The position numbers and the translations under genes were made by a program. Under the pieces are notes generated by a model. That model made no database searches. It saw only the letters and a program-made list of their open reading frames with translations, and was not told the origin of the DNA. This document shows, in pieces, positions 1-9,201 of a stretch of 64,000 nucleotides of DNA (position 1 is its first letter; each line of letters starts with the position of its first letter). Where the stretch lies: positions 3,839 to 67,838 of IMG/VR virus record IMGVR_UViG_3300022822_000017; one strand, 5' to 3'. This DNA comes from a virus.

Positions 1-88
1 ACACTATAGTTAAGAAAGCTATGATGATAGAGGACACTATATCATTCCATAAGGTAACAAGAAAGTAACAGTATAAAAGAAAACAAGG

Positions 89-442
89 ATGAATACATTA
101 AAGAAAAAACTAACATTACCCAAGAGTGAGTACTACACAAAGCATTTATCAATAGTGAATGTGTTTTTACCAGTTAAGATGACACCTAAAGAGATTGAGG
201 TTTTGTCTGCATTTATGTCTTTAGAGGGAGACATTGCAGAGCAAAGATTTGGTACCTCAGCCAGGAAGATTGTCATGGATGAAATGAATATTAAGCCTGG
301 AGGATTAGGTAACTATTTTAAGAGTCTTAAAGAGAAAGGCTTTTTGACAGATGACGCACAGAATAAGTTTAAGATATACACTATGTTGTATCCAGACCCA
401 ACTGTTCAAAACTATATGTTTCAATTACAAAAACAAGTATAA
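89..442 (+). CDS. small putative winged-helix DNA-binding protein
   Basis: MTPKEIEVLSAF...LGNYFKSLKEKGFL resembles a MarR-like wHTH pattern; inference from sequence pattern only. Confidence 0.5.
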   Translation: MNTLKKKLTLPKSEYYTKHLSIVNVFLPVKMTPKEIEVLSAFMSLEGDIAEQRFGTSARKIVMDEMNIKPGGLGNYFKSLKEKGFLTDDAQNKFKIYTMLYPDPTVQNYMFQLQKQV

Positions 443-844
443 GTGTCTAGAGTTATATTTACAGAAGAATTGATCTCTTCTTTTTATGAGAAGATATCCA
501 AGGAGTACCCTGACCTGCCACCTGCTACTATTGATAAGATATGCAGGGCAGAGTTTAGGATGATGAAAGATTCTATGACTTCTGGTAAGTTGGAAGATTT
601 CAGACTGCAGTATTTGTTTAAGTTGACAGTCTCTCCACAAAGAGTTATGAAGCAGTTGACTTACATGCACAAGAATAAGGATATTATAAATGAGAGGTCT
701 TTCAATCATTATCATAAGATATTGTTAGACCATATTAAAAATAACAAACTAAAGTTCAAGAAATATGAAGAAAGAATCACAAAATACACAGGGTACACAA
801 GGGGACAAATTGATAAAGGAGAATATGTTAGTGATGGACATTAA
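443..844 (+). CDS. HU/IHF-like protein (crAss-type), GTG start
   Basis: N-terminal helices, then IDKICRAEFRMMKDSM...FRLQYLFKLTV, similar to the HU/IHF helix-helix-strand layout. Confidence 0.45.
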   Translation: MSRVIFTEELISSFYEKISKEYPDLPPATIDKICRAEFRMMKDSMTSGKLEDFRLQYLFKLTVSPQRVMKQLTYMHKNKDIINERSFNHYHKILLDHIKNNKLKFKKYEERITKYTGYTRGQIDKGEYVSDGH

Positions 845-1250
845 TGCCATACCTATAGACCATGGAATGGATTCAGAACAATGGGCAAGAATAATAAGGA
901 CAGACAATATATGTTTTTATGACTCTGTTAAGGGAGATAAGCCTACCTTTATGAATGTAGATTCAAGCATAAAAGTGTTTGACGTACAAGATGAAATAGC
1001 AATGTCAGCATTAGAAGATATACTTAAAGGAAAAGATCCTGTAGAAGTAGTCACTGCTGCTAGCACTGTACTAGGTGAACAAGTACATTTTGATAATCAT
1101 TTGACTGAAAGAGAGGTTGGGCAATTAGAAATAGACAATCCTTTGAGTAGTGAGAATGTTACTAGAGTAGACACAGGCTTTACTTCAGAAGAGAATGAGT
1201 TCATGGATAGAACCATGAGTGGTATTAACTTAATAGATGACACAGAATGA
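765..1250 (+). CDS. hypothetical acidic protein (true start probably near 824-833)
   Basis: ORF in operon context; the annotated start overlaps the upstream gene by 80 nt. Confidence 0.55.
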   Translation: MKKESQNTQGTQGDKLIKENMLVMDINAIPIDHGMDSEQWARIIRTDNICFYDSVKGDKPTFMNVDSSIKVFDVQDEIAMSALEDILKGKDPVEVVTAASTVLGEQVHFDNHLTEREVGQLEIDNPLSSENVTRVDTGFTSEENEFMDRTMSGINLIDDTE

Positions 1251-1381
1251 TAGAAGTATATTATGACCCTATATTAGGGTGTACAGGTTTCAAGTTTAGC
1301 AAACCTTTAGGGGGACACAAAAGTCAAAGAGAAAAAGACAATGACCCTATTAACATTAATAAAAGGAGGAAAAATGAATAG
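1247..1381 (+). CDS. small hypothetical protein, 44 aa (MIEVYYDPILGCTGFKF...), not in ORF track
   Basis: ATGA overlap with the upstream stop; its own stop overlaps the next gene start; fills the gap. Confidence 0.45.
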   Translation: MIEVYYDPILGCTGFKFSKPLGGHKSQREKDNDPININKRRKNE

Positions 1382-1589
1382 TATATACTTATTAGGAGTA
1401 GAAGGTAGTAAGAGTTTTGACCTTATAAGACAAGAACAGTCTTACTTAATGAAACTAGAAATTTCTGAAGATGTACGTAATTGGTTACTTATGCATGATG
1501 TAGAAGTACAATCAAATGGTTCAAGAGTGTTTATCTGTAACAAAGTAAGGTATGTAGATTTAGGATTAAAAATACAAAAAGATGAATAA
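1374..1589 (+). CDS. hypothetical protein (start moved from 1341 to ATG 1374)
   Basis: AGGAGG just upstream of ATG 1374; overlaps both neighbours. Confidence 0.5.
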   Translation: MNSIYLLGVEGSKSFDLIRQEQSYLMKLEISEDVRNWLLMHDVEVQSNGSRVFICNKVRYVDLGLKIQKDE

Positions 1590-2007
1590 GTACTACAAAC
1601 CAACAGAAGAAGAATTTGTTGAAGATTTAGAGTGTGAGTTGTATGATGAGGAGTTTAACTCATGGACTCCAGTGTTATTAGACAGGAATGCTGCTAGTGC
1701 TTTTCTTCCATTGTGGCAAGCTGGGGACATTAGGGTTAAGTATTTAAACACTACTGATTTTAATAAAGTAGGATACACTTTAAAGTTAAGTAAGGTAGGT
1801 ACAGAGACTGTAATAGTTGACATTGCTCCTGATGGTAAAGAAACAAGTGAAGAGAGAGATGTGTATGACACAGAGAACTTAACTATCTTACATAAAAATG
1901 TGGAGGTAGGGTATTTCTATCCACAGAAACCTGTAGATAACATTAAAATGGATGGTAAACACTACAGTGTGAAGAACATAACAGAGTTAAGAAAATTATT
2001 AATATGA
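1582..2007 (+). CDS. hypothetical protein
   Basis: 141-aa ORF overlapping both neighbours. Confidence 0.7.
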   Translation: MNKYYKPTEEEFVEDLECELYDEEFNSWTPVLLDRNAASAFLPLWQAGDIRVKYLNTTDFNKVGYTLKLSKVGTETVIVDIAPDGKETSEERDVYDTENLTILHKNVEVGYFYPQKPVDNIKMDGKHYSVKNITELRKLLI

Positions 2008-2390
2008 AAGCAAAAATAAATTTATTAAATATAAAGTCTTACCTTGTAGGCAATTTTAGATATGCCATTTATGAGAATAGATGGAGCTTTCTTATAAGGA
2101 GACATATATTGGAGCAGATATATTGGAGAATTGAAGTTATGGACTATGTTTGTTACAAGGAAGGCAGTTGTATAATGTGTGGATGTACCACCACTGCTTT
2201 ACAAATGTCAAACAAAGCTTGTGAAAAACCTTGTTATCCTACTATGTTAAGTAAAGATAATTGGAATACATTCAGAAGTGGAGGTTTGATTAAGGATATA
2301 AGACTACAGGTAATTTGGAAGATGGTTAATAAAAAACCTGAAGTAGTGTACAGTAGTAATGAATTAATAAAAATAACTCACAGACTTTAA
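2004..2390 (+). CDS. Cys-rich putative Zn-binding protein
   Basis: CYKEGSCIMCGC...ACEKPCYP. Confidence 0.65.
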   Translation: MKAKINLLNIKSYLVGNFRYAIYENRWSFLIRRHILEQIYWRIEVMDYVCYKEGSCIMCGCTTTALQMSNKACEKPCYPTMLSKDNWNTFRSGGLIKDIRLQVIWKMVNKKPEVVYSSNELIKITHRL

Positions 2391-2393
2391 TAT

Positions 2394-2696
2394 ATGAATT
2401 GGGAAGCAACACATATTGAGATAGATAAAGTAAAAGCAGGAGAGAAACACATAATGCTATTTAAAGCTGCTGGAAAAGTCCCAGAAGATTTTAAGATAGA
2501 TAAGCTAGAAGTATCATGTGGTTGTACCACTCCTGAGTTTGATAAAGAACAAGGAACACTGTTAGTTACATTTAAAGCTGGAGCAGTGCCTAGACATTTA
2601 CAAGAAGAAGGGAAGTATATAACAACTAAAAGAGTAATTTTGTCTTCTAATTATGGAGATACTACTTTCACTTTTAGAGCAACAATTGTAAAGTAA
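2394..2696 (+). CDS. DUF1573-like Ig-fold protein
   Basis: IDKLEVSCGCTTPEF matches the SCGCT signature of Bacteroidota DUF1573 proteins. Confidence 0.7.
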   Translation: MNWEATHIEIDKVKAGEKHIMLFKAAGKVPEDFKIDKLEVSCGCTTPEFDKEQGTLLVTFKAGAVPRHLQEEGKYITTKRVILSSNYGDTTFTFRATIVK

Positions 2697-3256
2697 TGGA
2701 TTTATTCAAAGTAGAAGGGAATTTAGTAATACCAACAGAGCATGCTTTGTTAGTATCTCCTTACTCTGATATTTGGGATAGAGACCCAGATCCAAAGAAG
2801 TTAAGTGCCAAGAGACAGTTTGCATACATTGAGTTGTGTTGCAGCTATAAGAAAAGCAATCCTTATAAGGGGTTTGCTGAAGCAGTAAGAAAACAAAAGG
2901 TAATACAAGCAATATACAGGGAAGAAGCAGAGTTATTTGTAGAAGACCAACTTATTGTTGAAGGGATGGAGTTATATGAGAAGTTAAGAGTAGAAGCATC
3001 TCCAACCTTGCAGTATTATCTATCAGCAAAAGCAGGAGCTGAGAAAATGTTAAAGTGGCTTAATGATTTTGATATGGAAGACCTTAATGAAAGAACAGGT
3101 CTGCCATTGTATAAGCCAAGAGAGATAACCTCAGCATTGAAAGATAGCTATGAGGTAATGAAGACATTAAACTCTATGGAAGAGAAAGTCCAAGAGCAAT
3201 TGTTTGAGTCTACAAAGACTATAGGTAACAAGGAGATTAATCACTTTGAAAAGTAA
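2696..3256 (+). CDS. conserved crAss-like protein upstream of terminase (candidate small terminase subunit)
   Basis: Position and helical character; function inferred from synteny only. Confidence 0.5.
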   Translation: MDLFKVEGNLVIPTEHALLVSPYSDIWDRDPDPKKLSAKRQFAYIELCCSYKKSNPYKGFAEAVRKQKVIQAIYREEAELFVEDQLIVEGMELYEKLRVEASPTLQYYLSAKAGAEKMLKWLNDFDMEDLNERTGLPLYKPREITSALKDSYEVMKTLNSMEEKVQEQLFESTKTIGNKEINHFEK

Positions 3257-3259
3257 AGT

Positions 3260-3409
3260 ATGACAGTAACACAGACACTTAGCTTACACATAGAGGATAA
3301 AATTAGTTATCATGAAAAGCTTAGAATACAATTTGAAGCTAGTGAACAATTTGAGCAGTGTGCTAGGCATAGAGATGAGGTAACAAAACTTAAAAAGATG
3401 TTAGCTTAA
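3260..3409 (+). CDS. 49-aa UVR (UvrB/UvrC-motif)-like coiled-coil protein, not in ORF track
   Basis: MTVTQ...ASEQFEQCARHRDEVTKLKKMLA fits E-x-F-E-x-A-A-x-x-R-D; its TAA overlaps the terminase ATG (TAATG). Confidence 0.6.
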   Translation: MTVTQTLSLHIEDKISYHEKLRIQFEASEQFEQCARHRDEVTKLKKMLA

Positions 3410-5475
3410 TGGTTACAGAAACTAAGATTAGAGACAAAGATGGCAAGTGGCTGAAGAGTGACTTGTTCAGAGTAGAAGCTATTAAGTTCCAAAAGTATGG
3501 ATACTTCTGTTCTGATTATTGGGGAACTGCAGGATGGATAGAATATTGGGAAGAGCAGTTAAAAAGATGTAAGGATGGATTTGAGATACAAGGAGAGAGA
3601 ATAACAGGTCATCATTATATGTATCTAAATTTTTGTCAGATACAAGTAGTAAAGAAATTAGAAGGGAAGAAGGCTTCCAAGAAAACAACTACTTTTCCAG
3701 ATTTCTGGGATGGAGATTATGATTACTTTTGGTCTCTTGAGATTGCAAGAAATGGGATAGAGAAACAAGAGTTGGAGGACCTTAACCTAGGGGTGAAACC
3801 ACACCCTGACTTCCTAACAGGAGGTTTCCACATGATTGTGGGGAAGAGTAGAAGGAAAGGTTATAGTTACAAGAATGGAGCAATTTCTGCTAACTATTAT
3901 AATACTGAAAGAAAAGCACAGGTTATCATTGGTGCATCAGAAAAGAAGTTTTTGTACCCTAAAGGTACAATGGGTATGACAAGTGATTACCTAAACTTCC
4001 TTAATGAGTTTACAGGTTGGAGAAAATCCAGAGATTATGTAGACAAGCAAGACCATAGAAAAGCATCTTTTAAGAAGAAAATAAATGGGGTAGATATTGA
4101 GTCTGGTTATCAGTCAGAAGTATTTGCCCTAACCTTTAAAGATAATGCTGATGCTGCCAGGGGTAAGGATGGTATAGTTGTATTACTAGAAGAAGCAGGA
4201 GCATTTCCTAACTTAAAAGCTTCTTATGCAGCCATCAAACCTGCACTTACTGCAGGGATGTACATTACAGGACAAATCATTATATTTGGAACAGGTGGAG
4301 ATATGAAATCAGGTACAGCAGATTTTGCTGACATGTTTTATAATCCAGTAGCTTATGGCTTAATGCCATTCATTAACACTTGGGATGACAATGCCCAAGA
4401 GACTACTTGTGGATTCTTCCACCCAGTGACAAAGAACCTAGAAGGGTTCTATGATTTGCAAGGTAATTCAAACATTCCTGCAGCCTTAGAGTTTGAACAA
4501 TCAAGAAGAAAAGTCATACTTGAAAGTAGTAATAACAGTACAGCATATCAAAGACATGTTCAGGAGTTTGCACTAAAGCCATCAGAAGCTTTTTTAACAG
4601 TGTCCACAAATGATTTTCCTGTCATAGAATTAAGAGCACAACTTAACAGAGTATTAAGAGAAAAGTTGATGTTAAAGAAGGGAACACCAGTCTCCCTAAG
4701 AAGAGCAGAAGGGGGTAAAATCCTAGCTGAACCAGATCTGGTCAACAAGTTAAACCCAATAATACATTACAAAGTAAAGGAAGCAGACTTAACAGGATGC
4801 CCTGTTATCTTTGAGTTTCCATCTAATCCACCTAAAGGCTTGTATAAAATAGGGTATGACCCTTATAGGCAAGACCAAACTTCTGGTGTATCTTTGGCAG
4901 CAGTATATGTTTACAAAACAATACAGAAAGGAAACAGCACTAAAAACATTATTGTTGCTACTTATGTAGGTAGACCACAGACCTCAGATTCCTGCAATAG
5001 AATTGTAGAGCTTCTAGCAGAATTATACAATGCAGAAGTAATGTATGAGAATGAAGTACCTGATGTAAAGAAATACTTTGAAAGAAGAAAGAAGCTACAT
5101 TTACTTGCAGCACAACCTGATGGTGTAATATCTAAGAATATCAAAGCTTCAAGAGTAGCTAGAGTATATGGGTGTCACATGAATGAGAAGTTGAAAGATG
5201 CTGGTGCCAAGTACATAAAGCAGTGGCTACTAGAGGAGAGGGATTTTGATGAAAATGGAGATGTACTACTAAATTTAGATTTTATATATGATGTTGGTTT
5301 ACTAGAAGAGTTGATTCTTTACAATAAAAAGGGTAACTTTGATAGAGTTATGTCATTGATGCAAGTTATGTTTCAAGTAGAGGAAGATGAACTAGGCAAA
5401 GAGTACTCTGACACAGGGGAACAAAACCAGAATATAAAAGACTTATTGGAACTTAATTTGTTTAACAAAAACTAA
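3409..5475 (+). CDS. terL: terminase large subunit
   Basis: GKSRRKGYSYK (Walker A-like), VLLEEAG (Walker B), GTGG, nuclease motifs IGYDPY and NFDRVMSL; directly upstream of the portal. Confidence 0.95.
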   Translation: MVTETKIRDKDGKWLKSDLFRVEAIKFQKYGYFCSDYWGTAGWIEYWEEQLKRCKDGFEIQGERITGHHYMYLNFCQIQVVKKLEGKKASKKTTTFPDFWDGDYDYFWSLEIARNGIEKQELEDLNLGVKPHPDFLTGGFHMIVGKSRRKGYSYKNGAISANYYNTERKAQVIIGASEKKFLYPKGTMGMTSDYLNFLNEFTGWRKSRDYVDKQDHRKASFKKKINGVDIESGYQSEVFALTFKDNADAARGKDGIVVLLEEAGAFPNLKASYAAIKPALTAGMYITGQIIIFGTGGDMKSGTADFADMFYNPVAYGLMPFINTWDDNAQETTCGFFHPVTKNLEGFYDLQGNSNIPAALEFEQSRRKVILESSNNSTAYQRHVQEFALKPSEAFLTVSTNDFPVIELRAQLNRVLREKLMLKKGTPVSLRRAEGGKILAEPDLVNKLNPIIHYKVKEADLTGCPVIFEFPSNPPKGLYKIGYDPYRQDQTSGVSLAAVYVYKTIQKGNSTKNIIVATYVGRPQTSDSCNRIVELLAELYNAEVMYENEVPDVKKYFERRKKLHLLAAQPDGVISKNIKASRVARVYGCHMNEKLKDAGAKYIKQWLLEERDFDENGDVLLNLDFIYDVGLLEELILYNKKGNFDRVMSLMQVMFQVEEDELGKEYSDTGEQNQNIKDLLELNLFNKN

Positions 5476-5485
5476 AAATATAACA

Positions 5486-7882
5486 ATGGCAGATATTGGA
5501 AAAGGGGTTAGACTCTCACTACAGCAAAAGAACTCCAACAAAAAGCAATGGTTTAAAGACAGAGCCAATGCATTAAAAGGAGCTTCTTTTACTTCTTCTA
5601 CTCACAGTGGGGGAGTATCAGAATACAAAAGAAAGAAAGTCAACTATGACTTGTACAACAACATTATAAACCAAGAAGATTTTGCTTATGTATGTAAGCC
5701 TTTTGGTGCTGGTTCAGGAGAATTACCTGCAACCTTTACAAACAAGGATATTACTTCTCCTAGAATAAAGGCAGTGATAGGGATGGAAATGAAAAGACCA
5801 TTCTCATTTAAGACACTAGCAGTTAATGAAGAAGCTACCAACAGAAAAGAAAAGGTAAAGTTTGACATGATTAAAGAGTACACTGTATCTCAAATTATGG
5901 CTCCTATACAAGCAGAGGTAGAACAGAAGTATCAAGCACAAGCAAAAGGTAGAGAACTTACTCCTGATGAATCAAAGCAGATAGAGCAAGCAATGGCTGA
6001 AGAGATGAAAGCTATGACACCCCCTGAAGTAGGGAAGTACATGTCTAGGCAACATCAAGATCCAGCTGAAGCACTTGGACATCAACTGTTACAAGGGATT
6101 GTACAGAAGCAGGATGTAAAAAGAAAGTTTGACAAAGGTTGGAAACATGCAACATTATCTGGGGAAGAAATTTACTGGGTAGGACAGGTTAGGGGAAAAC
6201 CTAGCTTAGGAGTGACTAATCCTATTAGGTTTGATTATGACAAATCTCCTGATACAGATTTTATTGAAGATGGAGAATGGGCAGTAGCAGAATATAGAAT
6301 GACACCATCTCAGTTTGTTACCATGTTTGGAGATGAATTGACAGATGAACAAATAGACCAAGCATACACTGAAGCAAAAGGTGGAGGTCCTACAAATGCT
6401 GGAGATTGGGCATTCAATGAAACTGAAAGCCAAACAGGAAACACTTTATCAGTTTTCCATTACACATGGAAAGGACTTAGAAGAATAGGTTTCTTAGAGT
6501 ATGCTGACTTAGCAACAGGAGAAACTCAGATGACTGTAGTTGGAGAAAACTACAAAATGGACAAAGACTTAGGAGACATAAAAATGTCTTGGGAGTGGAT
6601 TCCAGAAGTATATGAAACTTATGTAGCAAGAGGAGATATGTATCTTAGGATGCAACCTGTTGAAGGGCAACACAAAGATTTAAACAATTTATTTGAATCT
6701 AAGCTACCTTATTATGGAGCAGCTTATGACAACTTAAATTCTGAGACAACATCATTGATGGACAGAATGAAAGTGTGGCAATACTACTACAACATCATTA
6801 TGTACAGGGTAGAGCTATTAATGGCTTCTGACAAGGGTAAGCTATTACTTATGAATATTAATGCCATACCTAAGTCTTCAGGTATAGACATAGAGAAGTG
6901 GTTGTACTATGCAGAAGCTTTAAAGATAGGTTGGGTTAATCCTAATGAAGAAGGTAACAAAGGTTTAGATGTGACTAACATGGCTAAACAAGTTGACATG
7001 TCTTTAATGTCTGACATACAGAAGTATATTGACTTAGCAGGATACATAGATGACCAATGTGGGAAGTCTGTAGGTATTACTGATGGGTTAATAGGACAGA
7101 TTGAGCAAAGAGATGCAGTAGCAAATACACAACAGAATATGTCTTCTGCTTCTACTATCTTAGAACCTTACTTTGACTTACATAATCATGTAAAGAGAAA
7201 TGTACTTCAGGCACTGATAGAGCAATGTAAAATATCATACTCTGATTCAGAAGATGAATTTATTACATATACTTTAGATGACTTGTCTACTGAAATGTTA
7301 AAAGTAGATGCTGGACTATTAGATTCTTCTACTTATGGAATATTTGTAACCTCATCTTCTAAAGCTTATGAAGCAGTGGAACTAGTTAAACAACTAGCAC
7401 ATGCAGCACAGCAGAACAATTCTATAAAGCTGTCTAGTGTTATTAAAGTAATTAGAGCTGAAGGAATACAAGAAGCAGAAGAATTACTTGAGACAGGAGA
7501 AAATGAAATGACTCAACAAAATCAAGCACAACAATTACAAGCTATACAAGAGCAAGGTAAAAATGAAGAAGCTGCAAGACAATGGCAAAGAGAGACAATG
7601 GATCTTACTCAAGCTAATACATTGGAGCAAATCCAAGCTAAAGGGGAAATTGACCTACAAAAGCAAGCTATGCTTTCTATGGGATTCAATGAGAACAAAG
7701 ACATGGATAATGATGGCACACCAGATATAGTAGAGCTATATAAGGATGGTGCAGATGCAGACTTAAAAATGAGGAAGCAGAATTTAGATGAAAAAAAGTT
7801 TGAAGAGGACAAGAAACAGAACAAAGAGAAAAACTCTATAGAGAAACAAAAAATAACTCAAGCAAAACAAAAGAAAGAATAA
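5486..7882 (+). CDS. portal protein (crAss-like)
   Basis: 798 aa between terL and the scaffold/MCP; crAss-type features (YYYNIIMYRVELLMASDKGK, Gln-rich C-terminal coil, DMDNDGTPD). Confidence 0.9.
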   Translation: MADIGKGVRLSLQQKNSNKKQWFKDRANALKGASFTSSTHSGGVSEYKRKKVNYDLYNNIINQEDFAYVCKPFGAGSGELPATFTNKDITSPRIKAVIGMEMKRPFSFKTLAVNEEATNRKEKVKFDMIKEYTVSQIMAPIQAEVEQKYQAQAKGRELTPDESKQIEQAMAEEMKAMTPPEVGKYMSRQHQDPAEALGHQLLQGIVQKQDVKRKFDKGWKHATLSGEEIYWVGQVRGKPSLGVTNPIRFDYDKSPDTDFIEDGEWAVAEYRMTPSQFVTMFGDELTDEQIDQAYTEAKGGGPTNAGDWAFNETESQTGNTLSVFHYTWKGLRRIGFLEYADLATGETQMTVVGENYKMDKDLGDIKMSWEWIPEVYETYVARGDMYLRMQPVEGQHKDLNNLFESKLPYYGAAYDNLNSETTSLMDRMKVWQYYYNIIMYRVELLMASDKGKLLLMNINAIPKSSGIDIEKWLYYAEALKIGWVNPNEEGNKGLDVTNMAKQVDMSLMSDIQKYIDLAGYIDDQCGKSVGITDGLIGQIEQRDAVANTQQNMSSASTILEPYFDLHNHVKRNVLQALIEQCKISYSDSEDEFITYTLDDLSTEMLKVDAGLLDSSTYGIFVTSSSKAYEAVELVKQLAHAAQQNNSIKLSSVIKVIRAEGIQEAEELLETGENEMTQQNQAQQLQAIQEQGKNEEAARQWQRETMDLTQANTLEQIQAKGEIDLQKQAMLSMGFNENKDMDNDGTPDIVELYKDGADADLKMRKQNLDEKKFEEDKKQNKEKNSIEKQKITQAKQKKE

Positions 7883-7885
7883 GGA

Positions 7886-7967
7886 ATAAGTTAAATTTGG
7901 CTATTAGGGTTAATCTCTAATAGTTAAGTTTAATACTTAACTTATCTTAATATTAATACTTAAATTT
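7886..7967 (+). promoter_or_regulatory. structured intergenic region before the head operon (inverted and direct repeats)
   Basis: CTATTAG 7901-7907 / CTAATAG 7917-7923; AGTTAAGT 7922-7929 / ACTTAACT 7935-7942; direct repeat TAATACTTAA at 7931 and 7954. Confidence 0.4.
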
Positions 7968-7974
7968 ACATTAA

Positions 7975-9159
7975 ATGCCAGGAACAGAACAAACCCAAGA
8001 CAACAAGACTGCAGAAGCACAAGCAGCAACAGACACAGCATTAGACAATTTTCAATGGGATGATACAGGAGGAGGAGACTTTTTTGGTATTGCTGAAACA
8101 GGAACCAAAGAAGATGTAAAACCTGATGTTGTTTCAGATGTTAAAAAGGAAGATGGAAAAGAACCCACTCCTAAAGCTGATACAAAGAAAGAAGGAGAAG
8201 AGGAAGATGAAGAAGAAGATAGTTTCTTTGATATTGTAGACAAGCCAGGAGAAACAAAAGAAGGAGAAGAGGACCAGGGAAGTGATGAGGATGTAGATAA
8301 AGATTACTACAAAACTTTAGCTTCTAGAATGAAAGAAGATGGTATCTTTCAAAATGTAGATATTCCTGAAGGGGAAGATTTTACAGAAGATAAGTTCATT
8401 GAATTACAGGATTTAGAGATAGATTCAAGGGTAGAGGAAGCTTTTGAGGGATTCTTTTCAGAACTAGACGCTGATGGTGCTGCATTTTTAAAGCACAAGA
8501 AAGAAGGTGGAAGTACTGAAGATTTCTTTAAAACTTATGGTCAGAGTACAGGTGCTCCACAAGGAGACTTGGATGATGAGTCCTATCAAGAACAGGTCAG
8601 CAGATATTACTATGAACAAGAAGGAGAAGATCCTGAAGACATAGATGATAAGATTGAGTGGCTTAAAGATAGTGGCAAGTTAGAAAAGTATGCACAGAAG
8701 TTTGATGGTAAGTTAAAAGAAAATGACAAGAAGACCAAAGAAGATTTAGCAAATAATACCAAAGCTGCAGAAAAGACTGCAGAAGAAGGTAGGTTAGCTT
8801 TTGCTACAAGTGTCCAAGAAGCTTTAGAAGCTATAGAAGAAGTGGACAACTTTAAATTTACTAAAGAGAGTAAGAAAACTTTACTCCCTTTTATCACTAA
8901 AGCCACTGTAAAAGTTGGGAAGAACAAGCATATAACAGGTATGCAGGATAAGTTAAGTGCTACACTTAAAGATCCTAATAAAATGTTAGTACTTGCTCAA
9001 TTATTACAGAATGATTTTGATGTTTCTAGTATCATTAACAGTGCAACCACTGCTAAGACTAAAACATTGAAGGATGACATTCAAAGAAAAAAGACTTCTG
9101 TAAGACCTACAAATTCAGGTAAAGCAGGTAGTAGAAAAAGCCTTTCAGAATTTTTCTAA
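7975..9159 (+). CDS. acidic scaffold-like protein preceding major capsid
   Basis: Highly acidic, low-complexity N-terminus and helical C-terminus; position between portal and MCP. Confidence 0.7.
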   Translation: MPGTEQTQDNKTAEAQAATDTALDNFQWDDTGGGDFFGIAETGTKEDVKPDVVSDVKKEDGKEPTPKADTKKEGEEEDEEEDSFFDIVDKPGETKEGEEDQGSDEDVDKDYYKTLASRMKEDGIFQNVDIPEGEDFTEDKFIELQDLEIDSRVEEAFEGFFSELDADGAAFLKHKKEGGSTEDFFKTYGQSTGAPQGDLDDESYQEQVSRYYYEQEGEDPEDIDDKIEWLKDSGKLEKYAQKFDGKLKENDKKTKEDLANNTKAAEKTAEEGRLAFATSVQEALEAIEEVDNFKFTKESKKTLLPFITKATVKVGKNKHITGMQDKLSATLKDPNKMLVLAQLLQNDFDVSSIINSATTAKTKTLKDDIQRKKTSVRPTNSGKAGSRKSLSEFF

Positions 9160-9201
9160 AAAAGTAATTATAAATTAAAACTAATATTAAAAAGTTAGAT
9201 T

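Noticed and set aside
7699-7725. EF-hand-like DMDNDGTPD at the portal C-terminus
   Set aside because: Plausible Ca-binding loop, but a familiar feature of crAss-like portals rather than a novelty.
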